Under the pieces are notes generated by a model. It had not been told where the DNA came from and made no database searches. It was given only the letters and a program-made list of their open reading frames with translations. A stretch of 64,000 nucleotides of DNA, from contig UYFQ01000260.1 in NCBI GenBank assembly GCA_900617105.1, positions 310,001-374,000 of the forward strand, read 5' to 3'. Positions 32,642 to 44,095 of the stretch are shown one piece after another. The translations under genes were made by a program, and so were the position numbers. How positions within the stretch are numbered: the first letter of the stretch is position 1; each line of letters begins with the position of its first letter. This stretch comes from Hydrurus foetidus (Eukaryota).

Positions 32642-33223
32642 ATGAAACGCCTGCTCGCCGCCATGATCGCCGGCGCCGCGTTGTCGGCCGCCGCCGCACC
32701 GGCCTTCGCCGCCGAGGTCGCCTACAAGCTGGACGAGGCCCACACCGAGACGATGTTCGTCATCGACCGGTTTGGCTTCAATTCAGTGATCGGCCTGTTC
32801 GCCAAGACCGAGGGCACCGTATGGCTTGACGAAGCTGCGCCCGAGAAGTCGCGCGTAGAGGCCACGGTTCAGGTCGACAGCCTGCTGTCAGCCAATACGG
32901 CGCGGGATGAACACCTGAAGGCCGCGCGCTGGCTGAACGCTCCGGCCTTCCCGACCATGACCTTCAAGTCGACCAAGGTGGAAAAGACCGGGCCCGACAC
33001 CGCCAAGGTGACCGGCGACATGACCATCATGGGCGTGACCCAGCCGGCCACCCTGGAGGTCAAGCTCAACAAGATCGGCACGGCGCCCAACAATCAGAAG
33101 AAGCAGGCCGGCTTCACCATCACCGGCGCGATCAGCCGCAAGGCCTTCGGCAGCACCACAGGGGCCGGCGCGATTGGGGACAGCGTCGCCATTCGCATCG
33201 AAGCCCTGGCGATCGCGCAGTAG
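32642..33223 (+). CDS. YceI-family lipid-binding protein
   Basis: Signal peptide, RDEHLK, FPTMTFKST, GDMTIMGVT. Confidence 0.92.
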   Translation: MKRLLAAMIAGAALSAAAAPAFAAEVAYKLDEAHTETMFVIDRFGFNSVIGLFAKTEGTVWLDEAAPEKSRVEATVQVDSLLSANTARDEHLKAARWLNAPAFPTMTFKSTKVEKTGPDTAKVTGDMTIMGVTQPATLEVKLNKIGTAPNNQKKQAGFTITGAISRKAFGSTTGAGAIGDSVAIRIEALAIAQ

Positions 33224-33225
33224 GC

Positions 33226-34022
33226 TCAACCCAGAAAGAACACCGGCCCCCAGGCCACCTGGTAGCGGTGCTCGCCTGACGACAGGTGCGGGCGCAGCTG
33301 CCAGGCCCCGGGCGGCAGGACCGACGGCGGACGGCCCTCGACAGAGGTCGTGGTCAGGACGTCGCCGCCGGGCTCTGAAACCGAGAACTGGCGGATGGCC
33401 GGGGTGGCGCCCGACAGGGCGGCGGCGATCTCGTCGGATGAGCGGACGCGCAGCGGCAGCCGGGCGCGCCAGTCGGGCGCTGACCTCGGCATAAGCCCAC
33501 CGCGATCACGCGTGGTCCTTGGCGCAGGACGCCATAGCCCACATGGGTGAAGCCTGCGGCCACCAGATTGGCCCGGTGGCCAGGGCTGTTTCGCCACTGG
33601 TTCATGATCTGGTCGGGCGTGACGGGGCCGGCGGCGTTGCGGCGCATCGCGATGTTCTCGCCCGGCGCGCCGACCAGGTCGCGGGCCAGCAGGCCGACCC
33701 GGCCAGCGGCGCTGAAGCCGTCGGAGGTGACGTGGTCGAAGACACCGCTGACCGCCATGTCGGCCGCGTGGGCGCGCGCCGCCAGGATCAGGCCCCGGTC
33801 GGGCCGCAGCCCGGCCACGCCCTGGCGCTCGCGGATCAGGTTGTTGAGGTCCAGCAGGGTGTCTTCGAACCCGTCGTCGAAGTCGCCGCCCGCCGCGTCG
33901 GACAGGCCCGCGCGCAGCCTGCGGTCATAGGCCTGCCAGCGCGCGATCGGCGCGGCGTGCGCCCGGCCGGCGGCCAGAACGAGGGGGGCGGTCAGCAGGG
34001 TTCTTCGAAGGATTTGCGGCAT
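33226..34022 (-). CDS. CAP/SCP-domain protein, likely Tat-exported (indel)
   Basis: LRRTLL, AARAHAADM, GENIA, W.NSPGHRANL. Confidence 0.85.
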
Positions 34023-34074
34023 CGCGGCCCTTAACAGTGATTGACAGGAACCCCGGGAGCAAGCTCTAAGACCC

Positions 34075-34638
34075 ATGCGTCCCGTGCGTTCCATATGGCT
34101 GGCCGGCCCCGATGTCTGGCTCCCCGATTCCGCGGCCCAGGCGGCCCGCCAGCGGGCCCATTGCATCGACGCCGGCTTCACGGGACTGACCCCCGATCCC
34201 GCGCCCCTGAGCGCCGAGAACGGCTCCGAGCTTGAAGCCCGCGAACTCTACGCCGCCCGCATGGCGCGATTGCGTCAGGCTGACGCCGGCGTGGTCAATC
34301 TGACCCCGTGGCGCGGACCCTCTGCCGATCCTGGCGCCGCGTTCGAGACAGGGGTGCTGGCAGGGCTGGGGCGGCCGATCTTCGCCTATCTGAACGTGCC
34401 CGACGAATCCCAGGCCGAATATGTCGACCGCGTCGAATCGTTCGTCGGCGCCCAGCGCGACGAGGCCGGCGTCTGGCGCGACGGCGATGGCTGCGCGGTC
34501 GAGGACTATGGCCTGCCCGAGACGGTGATGCTGTGGGCCGAGGCGCGGCGGTTGTTCGTGATCGTCACCAACGATCCGCTGCATGATCTGACCGGGCTGG
34601 AGCTGTGTCTGGAGGCGCTGAGGCTTTACGCGGAGTAG
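34075..34638 (+). CDS. Nucleoside 2-deoxyribosyltransferase-like protein
   Basis: WLAGPDV, NLTPWRGPSADPGAAFETG. Confidence 0.8.
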   Translation: MRPVRSIWLAGPDVWLPDSAAQAARQRAHCIDAGFTGLTPDPAPLSAENGSELEARELYAARMARLRQADAGVVNLTPWRGPSADPGAAFETGVLAGLGRPIFAYLNVPDESQAEYVDRVESFVGAQRDEAGVWRDGDGCAVEDYGLPETVMLWAEARRLFVIVTNDPLHDLTGLELCLEALRLYAE

Positions 34639-34648
34639 GGCGGGCTAA

Positions 34649-34766
34649 AAGTCCTCCCCCTAGCGGGGGAGGTGTCGGCGAAGCCGACGGAGGGGGAAGT
34701 GCTGCTGACTCGGTGCGGTCTTCCCCCACCGGCCTTCGGCCGCCTCCCCCTTCAGGGGGAGGACTT
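34649..34766. repeat. CCTCCCC-type palindromic intergenic element, copy 2
   Basis: AAGTCCTCCCCC...GGGGGAGGACTT terminal inverted repeat; matches 19932-20035. Confidence 0.85.
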
Positions 34767-34774
34767 GCGGCAAG

Positions 34775-35516
34775 TCACCACCCCAGATCCGCTTCCCCCC
34801 GCAGAATCGCCTCGGCCGCCGCCGAGTGCTGTCCCCGTCGCGCTCGTGCAGCACCAGGGCCGGCAAAAGCACCAGCGGCGCCTTGCCGGTCTTGATCGCC
34901 CGCACGATGACCCGCTTGGCCGGAGCGTCGGCGAAGGGCTGGATCGGGCGGATCCTGAACGAGCCCGCCTTGGGCGCCAGCAGGGCCAGGATGTCGGCCA
35001 GACGGTCGGCGCGGTGGATGATGGTGATGCTGCCGCCCTCGCGCACGGCCTTGAGCAGGAAGCCCGTCCAGGCCGCCAGCCCGCCGTCGGCCATCCAGGC
35101 TCCTGACTGGCCGGGGCAGGGGCCCGCAGCGCGCCGGGATCGTCGAAAAACGGCGGATTGCTGATCACGGCGTCGAAGACCGGCAGGCCCAGGGCGCGAA
35201 AGCCGGCCTGGATGTCGCCGGTGCTGATCTCGACCCGATCGGCCAGATCGTTGAGCGCCACATTGCCCCGCGCCAGGACGGCGGCGTCCGGATCGCGCTC
35301 CACGCCATGGAATCGGGCGCCCGGCCGGCGAGTCGCAGCCGCCAGCAGCGCCCCGCCGACGCCGCAGCCGGCCTCAAGCACGCGGTCGCTGGAAAGGGCG
35401 TCGCAGGCGGCCGCCAGCAGCGCCGCATCCATGCCCGCCCGGTATCCGCCGACCTTCTGGCGGAGGCGAACACGGCCGTTCAGCACGCTATCTTCGGTCA
35501 GCTGAGTGTCGTCCAA
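34775..35516 (-). CDS. tRNA1(Val) A37 N6-methyltransferase-like (indels)
   Basis: GYRAGMDAALLA, EAGCGVG, ISNPPFF, IHRADRL. Confidence 0.85.
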
Positions 35517-35659
35517 CGCATCAAGCCTTGTGCTCGCCTTGACCCTGACCTATCCCGCCACCATTGTCCCTCGCAACGGCTGATCCTGCTGGGGACGGAT
35601 GTGAGCCCGATCGCCCCTCGACAACGGTCAAAGGGGTGTCGGTCAAGGAGAGTATAGTC

Positions 35660-36670
35660 TTGGACGCAGTTGCAGCGACCCTCGCCCGAGAGCCGGGATC
35701 GGTGGATCGACTGGTGCGTCTGGCGTCCGCCGACATGGGCGGGGTCGACCGCCTGATCACCGAACGCATGCAGAGCGACGTGCCCCTGATCCCGGCGCTG
35801 GCCGAGCACCTGATCGCCGCCGGCGGCAAGCGCCTGCGCCCGCTGCTGACCGTAGCCGCCGCGCGTCTGGCCGGTTCGGACAACGACGCCTGCCTCAAGC
35901 TGGCCGCTTCGGTCGAGTTCATCCATACCGCCACCCTGCTGCATGATGACGTGGTGGACGGCAGCCACCTGCGGCGCGGCAAGGTCGCGGCCCACCTGAT
36001 CTGGGGCGCAGCCCAAAGCGTGCTGGTGGGCGACTTCCTGTTTGCTCGCGCCTTTGAACTGATGGTCGAGACCAACTCGATGAAGGCGCTGGAGATCCTG
36101 GCCCGCGCCAGCCGGGTGATCGCCGAGGGCGAAGTGCTGCAATTGATGCGCAGCCACGACCTCAATCTCTCGCAGACAATCTATCTCGACATCATCGCCG
36201 CCAAGACCGCCGAACTGTTTGCCGCCGCTTCCGAGGCCGGCGCGGTGTCGGCCGGGGTCGACAAGACCCGTTCCGACGCCCTGCGCGCCTACGGCCTGAA
36301 CCTGGGCCTGGCGTTCCAGCTCGCCGACGACGCCCTGGACTATGGCGGCGCGACCGAAACCCTGGGCAAGAACGCCGGCGACGATTTCCGCGAAGGCAAG
36401 GCCACCTTGCCGCTGCTGCTGGCCATCGCCCGCTCGGGCCCGCGCGAAGCCGAGTTCTGGGAGCGGGCCATCGGCCGTCGCGAGCAGACCGAAGCCGACT
36501 TCCGCCGCGCCCGCGAACTGATCATCGGGTCCGGCGCCCTGGACGCGACCCTGGACCTGGCCGCCGACTATGCCGACAAGGCCAAGTTGGCCCTGGCGAT
36601 GTTCCCGGCCAATGAGTGGCGCACGGCGCTGGAAAGCCTCGCCGACTTCGCGGTCAGCCGGAGAGCCTGA
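35660..36670 (+). CDS. ispB: Long-chain polyprenyl diphosphate synthase
   Basis: GGKRLRP, LLHDDVVD, FQLADDALD, GDDFREGK. Confidence 0.92.
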   Translation: MDAVAATLAREPGSVDRLVRLASADMGGVDRLITERMQSDVPLIPALAEHLIAAGGKRLRPLLTVAAARLAGSDNDACLKLAASVEFIHTATLLHDDVVDGSHLRRGKVAAHLIWGAAQSVLVGDFLFARAFELMVETNSMKALEILARASRVIAEGEVLQLMRSHDLNLSQTIYLDIIAAKTAELFAAASEAGAVSAGVDKTRSDALRAYGLNLGLAFQLADDALDYGGATETLGKNAGDDFREGKATLPLLLAIARSGPREAEFWERAIGRREQTEADFRRARELIIGSGALDATLDLAADYADKAKLALAMFPANEWRTALESLADFAVSRRA

Positions 36671-37251
36671 TGGCCCTGCGGAAGCCTCTCCATCTCGGAC
36701 TGCCCCGCGCCGCCCCGGGCGAGCGCCTGCCGCGTCTGGACACCATCATCGCCACCTCGGCCGCCAATCCGAGCGGCGACCCCAATGTGCGGGCCCAGGA
36801 GGCTGGCGAGGCGGCCGGCAAGGTGATCGGCGGCGGGGTCGGCGTGCTGGTCGGCTTCGTTCTCATCGTGCTGATGCTGGGACCGGTGCTGTGGGCGCCG
36901 GGCTGGGCCGCCCTGCGGGCCGCGCGTCTGGTTCCCGGGCCCTGGTGGCCCTGGCTGGCAGGTCTGGCGGCCGGTCTGGTCGTGGCCCTGATCCAGACCT
37001 GGCTGCTGGTTCAGCGCAGTCCGATCCTGCGCTATCCGATCGTGGCCCTGTTCGCCGCCGCCTGGGTCGGCGGGCTCTGGTCGGAACTGACCTCGCCCCG
37101 CCACGACTGGGTGACGACCGCCCCGACCCTGCACATGCCCGGTCCGTGGACCTGGGCGCTGCTGGGCCTGGGCACGGTGATCTATGCGGGCATCTATCTG
37201 CTGGCCCTGGGCCAGATCATCCAAACCGCTGGGTCCGAGGGTTGCAGCTGA
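36670..37251 (+). CDS. Hypothetical membrane protein
   Basis: About four hydrophobic segments; ATG overlaps the ispB stop. Confidence 0.65.
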   Translation: MALRKPLHLGLPRAAPGERLPRLDTIIATSAANPSGDPNVRAQEAGEAAGKVIGGGVGVLVGFVLIVLMLGPVLWAPGWAALRAARLVPGPWWPWLAGLAAGLVVALIQTWLLVQRSPILRYPIVALFAAAWVGGLWSELTSPRHDWVTTAPTLHMPGPWTWALLGLGTVIYAGIYLLALGQIIQTAGSEGCS

Positions 37252-37375
37252 TCAAATAGGGCGTCGGACGCAAGCTCTGGATGTGAATTCGCCGTAAGCT
37301 GGCCTCGTGGTTCTCGACAAGTCCGGCGATAGGCTCCACGTCTAGGATCATGGTTATCGGCTGGGAGCCGCCTTC

Positions 37376-37780
37376 GTGATCCGACTGATCCTCAACATCC
37401 TGTGGTTTGTGTTCGGCGGCTGGATTTCCGGCCTGCTCTGGCTGCTGGGCGGCGCCCTGCTGGCCATCACCATTGTCGGCCTGCCCTACACCGGCGCAGC
37501 CTGGCGCATCGCCGGCTTCGCCTTCTGGCCGTTCGGCAAGGAGATCGTCAGTCGCGAGATCGTCAACGGCAAGGGCGACCTGGGCACCGGGCCGCTGGGC
37601 TTCGTGCTGAACATTATCTGGTTCATCCTGGGCGGCTGGTACATCGCCCTGAGCCATCTGATGATCGCCTTCGCCGAAGCCATCACGATCATCGGCATCC
37701 CCTTCGCCATCAAGGATTTCCAGCTGGCGATCATCGCCCTGGCCCCGATCGGCCGCGAGGTGGTGGTGGTTCGTCGCTAG
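37376..37780 (+). CDS. yccF: YccF-domain inner-membrane protein
   Basis: Two repeats of LNI.WF..GGW...ITI.G.P. Confidence 0.9.
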   Translation: MIRLILNILWFVFGGWISGLLWLLGGALLAITIVGLPYTGAAWRIAGFAFWPFGKEIVSREIVNGKGDLGTGPLGFVLNIIWFILGGWYIALSHLMIAFAEAITIIGIPFAIKDFQLAIIALAPIGREVVVVRR

Positions 37781-37783
37781 GCG

Positions 37784-38092
37784 TCAGAACCCGGTGAACA
37801 GGCGGTCGAGGGCGCGCCGGATGGCGTCTTCGTGGACGGCAAGACTGGCCGTCCGGGTTCGAAGGGTGCTCGCGGTCATGCTGAAGAGTTCGCTGACAAT
37901 CAGCACGAGCGGCTGGTTGTGGATCTCGATGCAGATCTCCAGGCCACTCACCTGGCGTTCGGCGTCATTTACTGCGGGTGCAACCACGACCTCGGCAAGG
38001 CCATGCAGGTGATGCGAAGACAGCACCACGAGGAATAGCGCGACCTCGCGGCTCTTTGGCGACGGATTCGGGTAGGCGTCGAACTGCCGCAA
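37784..38092 (-). CDS. ccdB: CcdB-like toxin
   Basis: M.QFD.YPNP, LVVLSS..L, I.RALD.LFTGF. Confidence 0.85.
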   Translation of the reverse strand: MRQFDAYPNPSPKSREVALFLVVLSSHHLHGLAEVVVAPAVNDAERQVSGLEICIEIHNQPLVLIVSELFSMTASTLRTRTASLAVHEDAIRRALDRLFTGF

Positions 38093-38093
38093 A

Positions 38094-38354
38094 CTACCAC
38101 CGTCTGAAGTGGTCTGAGATCAGGCCGCGTCGGGCGATGCGTTGATTGTGCTCGGCGATCGCTTCAGCGTTCTCCGCCGCCCAGCGCCTGGCCCGTTCCT
38201 CGGCGCCGGCGGGGTCGATTTTCTGCAGATGCAGGCGCAGCTGGGTTTCGCTGAGGCCCGCCACGGCAATCCCCAGCCGCTGGGCCTGGGCCAGCAGTTC
38301 CGGATCGATGCCGTCATCGCGTTCTGGGGCGTCCATGGGACGGGAGATTATCAT
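38094..38354 (-). CDS. ccdA: CcdA-like antitoxin (alternative start 38336)
   Basis: ELLAQAQRLGI, RWAAENAEAI..HN.RI...GL.SD.FR. Confidence 0.85.
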   Translation of the reverse strand: MIISRPMDAPERDDGIDPELLAQAQRLGIAVAGLSETQLRLHLQKIDPAGAEERARRWAAENAEAIAEHNQRIARRGLISDHFRRW

Positions 38355-39121
38355 CCCTCTTCATCCTCCGACAGCAGCACGTCCAGGAAGGTCTGGCGGC
38401 GGTTGAGGAAGCTGCGGGTCACCGTGACGTGGTCGAGGTCCTCGTACTCCACCCGCTCCAGGCCACGTTCGGAGGTCTCGTAGATCCAGGCGTCGGGATA
38501 GCCGAGGATGATTGGAGAATGGGTGGCGATGATCAGCTGCGAACGCGCCAGCACCAGTTGATGCAGCTTGGCCAGGAACGACAGCTGCCGGCTGGGCGAC
38601 AGGGCGGCTTCGGGCTCGTCGAGGATATAGAGGCCGTCGCCACGAAAACGGTTCTCGAACAGGGCGAAGAAGGCCTCGCCGTGGGATTGCTCGTGAAGAG
38701 GCCGCTTGCCATAGGCGCTGGCGATGGAGGGGCCACCCAGGGTGGTGTCCCGGTCGAGGGCTTCGATCTGCGTCTGGACGTTGAAGAAGCTCTCGGCGCG
38801 CAGGAAGTAGCCGTCGTGCGGCCGGATGACCGAACGCACGGGGCGGATATGGCTGTGCAAGTCAGAGTGCGACGCGCGGCTGCTGAAATTGAAATTCCGC
38901 GATCCACCCTCGGCGTTGAAGCCCCAGGCCACAGCCAGGGCCTCGATCAGCGTCGATTTCCCCGAGCCGTTCTCGCCGACCAGGAAGGTGACGCGCGGGT
39001 GAAAAGCGATCCTGTCGAGACCCCGCAGCACCGGCAGGTTGAAGGGATAGACGCCGGCGTCCCAGCCTTCGCGGGGCTGGATCAGCGCTTCTATCCAATA
39101 GGGGCGATCAAGCGCGGCCAT
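38351..39121 (-). CDS. Stand-alone ABC/AAA ATPase (COG3910-like)
   Basis: [40 protein letters not shown]. Confidence 0.9.
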   Translation of the reverse strand: MAALDRPYWIEALIQPREGWDAGVYPFNLPVLRGLDRIAFHPRVTFLVGENGSGKSTLIEALAVAWGFNAEGGSRNFNFSSRASHSDLHSHIRPVRSVIRPHDGYFLRAESFFNVQTQIEALDRDTTLGGPSIASAYGKRPLHEQSHGEAFFALFENRFRGDGLYILDEPEAALSPSRQLSFLAKLHQLVLARSQLIIATHSPIILGYPDAWIYETSERGLERVEYEDLDHVTVTRSFLNRRQTFLDVLLSEDEEG

Positions 39122-39188
39122 CTATTGTTCCTGATTTGTTCTCCATAAAATTGCATAACTGGCGCAGGTTGCAACCCCAAAGCATCGT

Positions 39189-39582
39189 TTACCGCCGACG
39201 GCCGAACGGCCAGTCGATCACGCCGGCGGCCCATAGCGGCCCAGATGAACAGCGGCTGCAGCAGCAGACGAGGACCGTGATACCACCACGAACTCGGCAG
39301 GGGCGGGGCGGAGATCCCGCTGAAGGCGTGGTGGAGATTGGCGGGCCAGACGCACAGGGCGTAGAGCGACAGCATCAGGCCTGACAGCCAGCGGGTCCTG
39401 GGGATCAGCAGTCCCGCCGCACCGGCGATCTCGCAAAGACCGGTAAGGATCACCACCTCGCGCGGGAACGGGACCAGCGGCGGCATGATCGGCAGGAAGC
39501 CGCCGCTGGACACGATGTGCAGCACGCCGAACGGCGCATAGACGACCGCGATCAGCAGACGGGTGCGACCGCGGGCGTCCAT
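39189..39582 (-). CDS. DoxX-like membrane protein (indel)
   Basis: [29 protein letters not shown]. Confidence 0.8.
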
Positions 39583-39586
39583 CCGA

Positions 39587-40977
39587 TCAGCCCGCGAGAT
39601 CATGTTCTCGGGGCGAACATACTGATCAAATTCTTCGTTGGTCAGGTAGCCCCCGCCGACGGCCTCTTCCCGCAGGGTGGTGCCGTTCTTGTGCGCTGTC
39701 TTGGCGATCTTGGCGCAGGCGTCGTAGCCCAGCTTGCCGTTCAGGGCCGTGACCAGCATCAGGCTGTTCTCGACGCCCTTGCGGATGTTGTCGACGCGCG
39801 GCTCGATGCCGACGACGCAGTTGTCGGTGAAGCTGATCGCGGCGTCGGCGACCAGACGCACCGACTGCAGGAAGTTGTAGGCCATCACCGGGTTGAAGAC
39901 GTTCAGCTCGAAATGGCCCTGGCTGCCGGCGAAGGTCAGGGTCGAGTGGTTGCCGAACACCTGGGCGCAGACCTGGGTCAGGGCTTCGGACTGGGTCGGG
40001 TTGACCTTGCCCGGCATGATCGACGAGCCGGGCTCGTTTTCCGGCAGGGACAGTTCACCGAGACCCGCACGGGGGCCTGAGCCCAGGAAGCGGATGTCGT
40101 TGGCGATCTTGAACAGGCTGGCGGCCACGGTGTTGATGGCGCCGTGGGTGAAGACCATGGCGTCGTGGGCGGCCAGGGCCTCGAACTTGTTGGGGGCGGT
40201 GGTGAAGGGCAGGCCGGTGACGCCGGCGATCTTCTCGGCCACCAGTTCGGCGAAGCCGACTGGGGCGTTCAGGCCAGTGCCGACGGCGGTGCCGCCCTGG
40301 GCCAGTTGCATCAGCATCGGCAGGGTCATCTCGATCCGGGCGATGCCGTTCTCGATCTGCTGGGCGTAGCCGCCAAACTCCTGGCCCAGGGTCAGGGGCG
40401 TGGCGTCCTGCGTGTGGGTGCGGCCGATCTTGATGATGTCCTTCCACGCGGCGGCCTTGGCGGCCAGGGCCTTGTGCAGGTGCTTGAGGGCCGGGATCAG
40501 GTCGTGGACCACCTGCTCGGCGCAGGCGATGTGCATGGCCGTCGGGAAGGTGTCGTTCGACGACTGGCTCATATTGACGTGGTCGTTGGGGTGGACGGGC
40601 TTCTTGGAGCCCATCTCGCCGCCCAGCATCTCGATGGCGCGGTTGGAGATTACCTCATTGGCGTTCATGTTCGACTGGGTGCCCGAACCCGTCTGCCAGA
40701 CCACCAGCGGGAAGTGATCGTTCAGCTTGCCGTCGATCACTTCATTGGCGGCGGCGACGATGGTTTCGGCGATCTTCGGATCCAGCTTGCCCAGGGCCAG
40801 ATTGGCCTCTGCGGCGGCGCGCTTGACGATCCCGAGCGCCCGCACGATCGGCAGGGGCTGCTTTTCCCAGCCGATCTTGAAGTTGCCGAGGCTGCGCTGG
40901 GCTTGAGCGCCCCAGTAGCGGTCAGCAGCGACTTCGATGGGGCCGAAGGTGTCGGTCTCGATGCGGGTGGCGGTCAT
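39587..40977 (-). CDS. fumC: Class II fumarate hydratase
   Basis: [23 protein letters not shown]; true stop TGA at 39587-39589 after an indel. Confidence 0.97.
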
Positions 40978-41061
40978 GGAGCGGATCCCTCGCGTTCTGT
41001 TGGCGCGGGTTTAGCCAATGGCGAGGGAGACTGCAAAGCCGGAAGGCCTTATGAGGCGCTG

Positions 41062-41448
41062 ATGAACGACGGTTGGACCCAACACGGCAAGGTGCGCGCC
41101 CGCGAGGCGGATGGCGAACTGACCCTTGAGGTCGATGGCCTCACCACCCAGGGCAAGTACTACAAGCCGCTGATCTACGAGTTTTTCCGCAAGGTCTGGC
41201 GCGGCGCGCGGCCGGCCTGGGGCGAGTTCGAGGTCGACATCTTCATGGAATATGTCGGCGAGCCGCCGTGGATGGATCTGGACAATCTGGCCAAGGCCCT
41301 GCTGGACTCGATCAAGGGCTACGCCTTTCACGACGACGCCCAGGTCGGCCGGCTGCTGGTCGAGCGCCGGCCGGGGGATCGCGAACGGATCATCATCCTG
41401 GTGCGCAAGCGCGCCTCAGGCCTTTTGCGGCGCACGCTCGAAGGCTGA
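41062..41448 (+). CDS. rusA: RusA-family Holliday junction resolvase-like protein
   Basis: DLDNLAKALLD...DDAQV. Confidence 0.75.
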   Translation: MNDGWTQHGKVRAREADGELTLEVDGLTTQGKYYKPLIYEFFRKVWRGARPAWGEFEVDIFMEYVGEPPWMDLDNLAKALLDSIKGYAFHDDAQVGRLLVERRPGDRERIIILVRKRASGLLRRTLEG

Positions 41449-41817
41449 AGCGGCCAGGGCCGTGAACAGCACCATCAGAAAGGCGCCATAGCGGCCCAGG
41501 CTGACCGGGTCAGCGGCAGGCATCAGCGCCTCGAACTGGCCGATCACCACGGCGCTGGCCATCAGGCCGGGCGCGGCGAAGGTCAGCATCGGCAGCATGC
41601 GCTTGCCGCGCTTGATGTGACGCAGGCGGGCTGCGGCATGGAACACGAAGGTCACGAAGGCCGCCGCCGCGAAGGCGTTGATCGCGTAGAACCAGAAGGC
41701 GCTCTCCAGAACGCCGCCTCCGAAGGCGGCGTAGAACGCCGTCGCCGCCAGCCAGGCCCCCAGGCCCGCGCCGCCAAACACCAAACCGTCCTGCTTTGAC
41801 ACGTCTTCCCCTCCCAA
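41416..41817 (-). CDS. Hypothetical 4-TM membrane protein
   Basis: Hydrophobic ORF with host-like codons. Confidence 0.7.
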   Translation of the reverse strand: MGGEDVSKQDGLVFGGAGLGAWLAATAFYAAFGGGVLESAFWFYAINAFAAAAFVTFVFHAAARLRHIKRGKRMLPMLTFAAPGLMASAVVIGQFEALMPAADPVSLGRYGAFLMVLFTALAASAFERAPQKA

Positions 41818-41868
41818 GGCTGTGCTGTGGGAGAACGGTGCAATTTCAGCGCCGGTTCAGACCCGGAA

Positions 41869-43993
41869 TCAGCCCTTCACAGGCAGCAGGAAGTTCCAGA
41901 GCATCAGCAGCACGCCGAGCACCGCATAGAGCAGGGCTGTGTAGGTGAAGGCCAGCTTGCGCAGGGTGGTCCAGCTATCGACCCGGCGTCCGCCACGCCA
42001 GACCACGGGGCCATGACCAGGGTGACGACGGTCAGGACACTGGCGACCAGCGTGCACGCTGAGGCGGTCACCAGCCAGCCGCTGGGCCAGCCATAGAACA
42101 CCGAGGCGATGTCGCTGGACCCTGCGGCGAAAACCCCCACGCAGGTCAGCCCGACCAGCCACAGGGCCGCCTGGGTGGTCTGCAGCAGGTTGGCCCGGGT
42201 CTGGGTTGGGGTCTGACGGGTCTCGCGTCGATCACGCATGAACACGCCGGCCAGGGTGGCGACCGCGGCGAAGGTCGAGAGCCCGACGATCCAGAGAAAC
42301 AGACCCATGCCGTGCGGAAGCCGACCCGCTCGAAGGCCGAACCGCTGCCGGGCGGATAGAACCGTGTCGCCCGTCCGTCGGCCGTCTGGAACGCGACGAC
42401 CTCGGCGCCGTCGATGGCCTGGAACACACCAGGCTTGTCGGTGGCGTTCCACAGGGTGGATTTGTCGTTCATCAACAGGGCAAGCTGGCCATCGGGCGTG
42501 AACCGCACCTGGGCGCGCTGGGTCAGGCGGCCGATGAAGCCCTCGAGGCCGTTATAGTTGCGACGCGTCCCCAGATAGTCGCCCTGATAGATGCGGGCCG
42601 CATCGGCGGTCAGCGGGCGCACGACGGGAACGGCCGGGGCCGGCGCGTAGAACCGCTCTATGATCGCCGACGGCGCGACAGACGGCAGCTCGTGGCCGGT
42701 GTCGGTATTCACCGCGATGAAGACGCCCAGGTTCAGGTCAGGAACCACGACCAGATTGGAGTGGAACCACAGGGTGTCGCCGCTGTGACCAAAGCCGCGA
42801 CGGCCGCCGGGCAGGGGAATGTCCTGGAAGCCGGCGTTCCAGCCTGCCGCGTCGGGCGTGGGGCGGTACATCGGCGTGCGGAACGCCTCGGCCACGCGCG
42901 GCGAATACAGGGTCTTGCCGTCGATCACGCCATTGCCCAGCAGCAGCAGCATGTAACGGCTCATGTCGGCCGCCGTCGACGAGGCGCCGCCCGCCGGCGC
43001 GACTTGACCGGTCATTTCCGGCGCCTGCTCGCGCCAGCCCAGCGGTGTCCAGCGAAAGCCCTCTGACCGCAGGGCGGCCAGCTGCGGCGACATCGGCGCG
43101 GGCAGGTCGTCACGCCACGGGCGGGCGTCGCGGAAGGTGGTGTGGGTCATGCCGGCCGGGAAAATGATCTCTTCGGCCACCAGCTGCTCGAAGGGCTTGC
43201 CAGTCACATTGGCCACGGCTGCGCCGGCCAGGGCCACGCCATAGTTGGAATAGGCCGGCAGGACGCCCGGCTCTCGCACGCGACGCGGGCGCTCCTGACG
43301 CAGATATTCGTTCAGGGGCCGCACGCGCTTCCAGTCCTGCTCGAACAGCTGTCCCAGGGCGCGGTCTTCGAACCCGGGCGTATGGGTCATCAGGTGGCGA
43401 AGCAGAACCGGGGCCTTGTCCTTGCCGCGCACCTGCAGCGGTTCGGGCAGGTAGAGATTGACCGGGCCGTCCAGCCGCATGCGGCCGGCCTCGATCTCGT
43501 TCATCAGGGCAATCCAGGTGAACGTCTTGGAGATCGAGGCGATGCGGAACAGGGTCTTGTCGGGATCGACGGCGCGACGTTGCTTGAGGCTGGCGACGCC
43601 ATAACCCTTCTTCAGCACCACCTGGCCGTTCTGGACGACGGCGATGGTCACGCCGGCGATATGGTCCTCGATCATGCTGCGGCGGATCAGGCCGTCGACA
43701 AAGGCTTCGAGCTCGGCTGCCGGCAAGGGGGTGACGCCGGCGACGGGTCGGGCGACGGCTGCGGTTGGCGCGATGGCCGCCGCGCTGACGACCGGACGGG
43801 CTGGCGGGCGCGGCCGGGCGCGGCGTCGCAGGCTGGCATAGGGCTTGGGGCCCTCGACGGCCACGGTCGTGGCGGGTTCGGACGGTGGCGGCGGCGGCGG
43901 TGCAACGTCCTGGGCCTGGGCGAAACTCGCCGACGCCAGGAAACCGATCATGACCGCGATGAGAGCGGCTCTGGACGAAAAGCGCGACGTCAA
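41869..43993 (-). CDS. Beta-lactamase-fold serine hydrolase with C-terminal TM helices (indels)
   Basis: FRIASISK (SxxK), LMTHTPG, YSN, GHSG. Confidence 0.88.
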
Positions 43994-44095
43994 GGCCGAC
44001 CCCTCAGGCTGAATGACTTCAGCTGACTTCTAGGGCGCCTCGCACCGCGTTCAAAGGGCGGCGTGCTCTCTTGGCGCCTAATACTGGGGACGCTC

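Noticed and set aside
39091..40977. 628-aa FumC-DoxX fusion in the ORF track
   Set aside because: A single indel before the fumC TGA (39587-39589) explains it; the DoxX-like gene has its own ATG at 39582.
41869..43993. Second beta-lactam resistance gene
   Set aside because: Large membrane-tailed SxxK serine hydrolase; the fold alone does not imply beta-lactamase activity.
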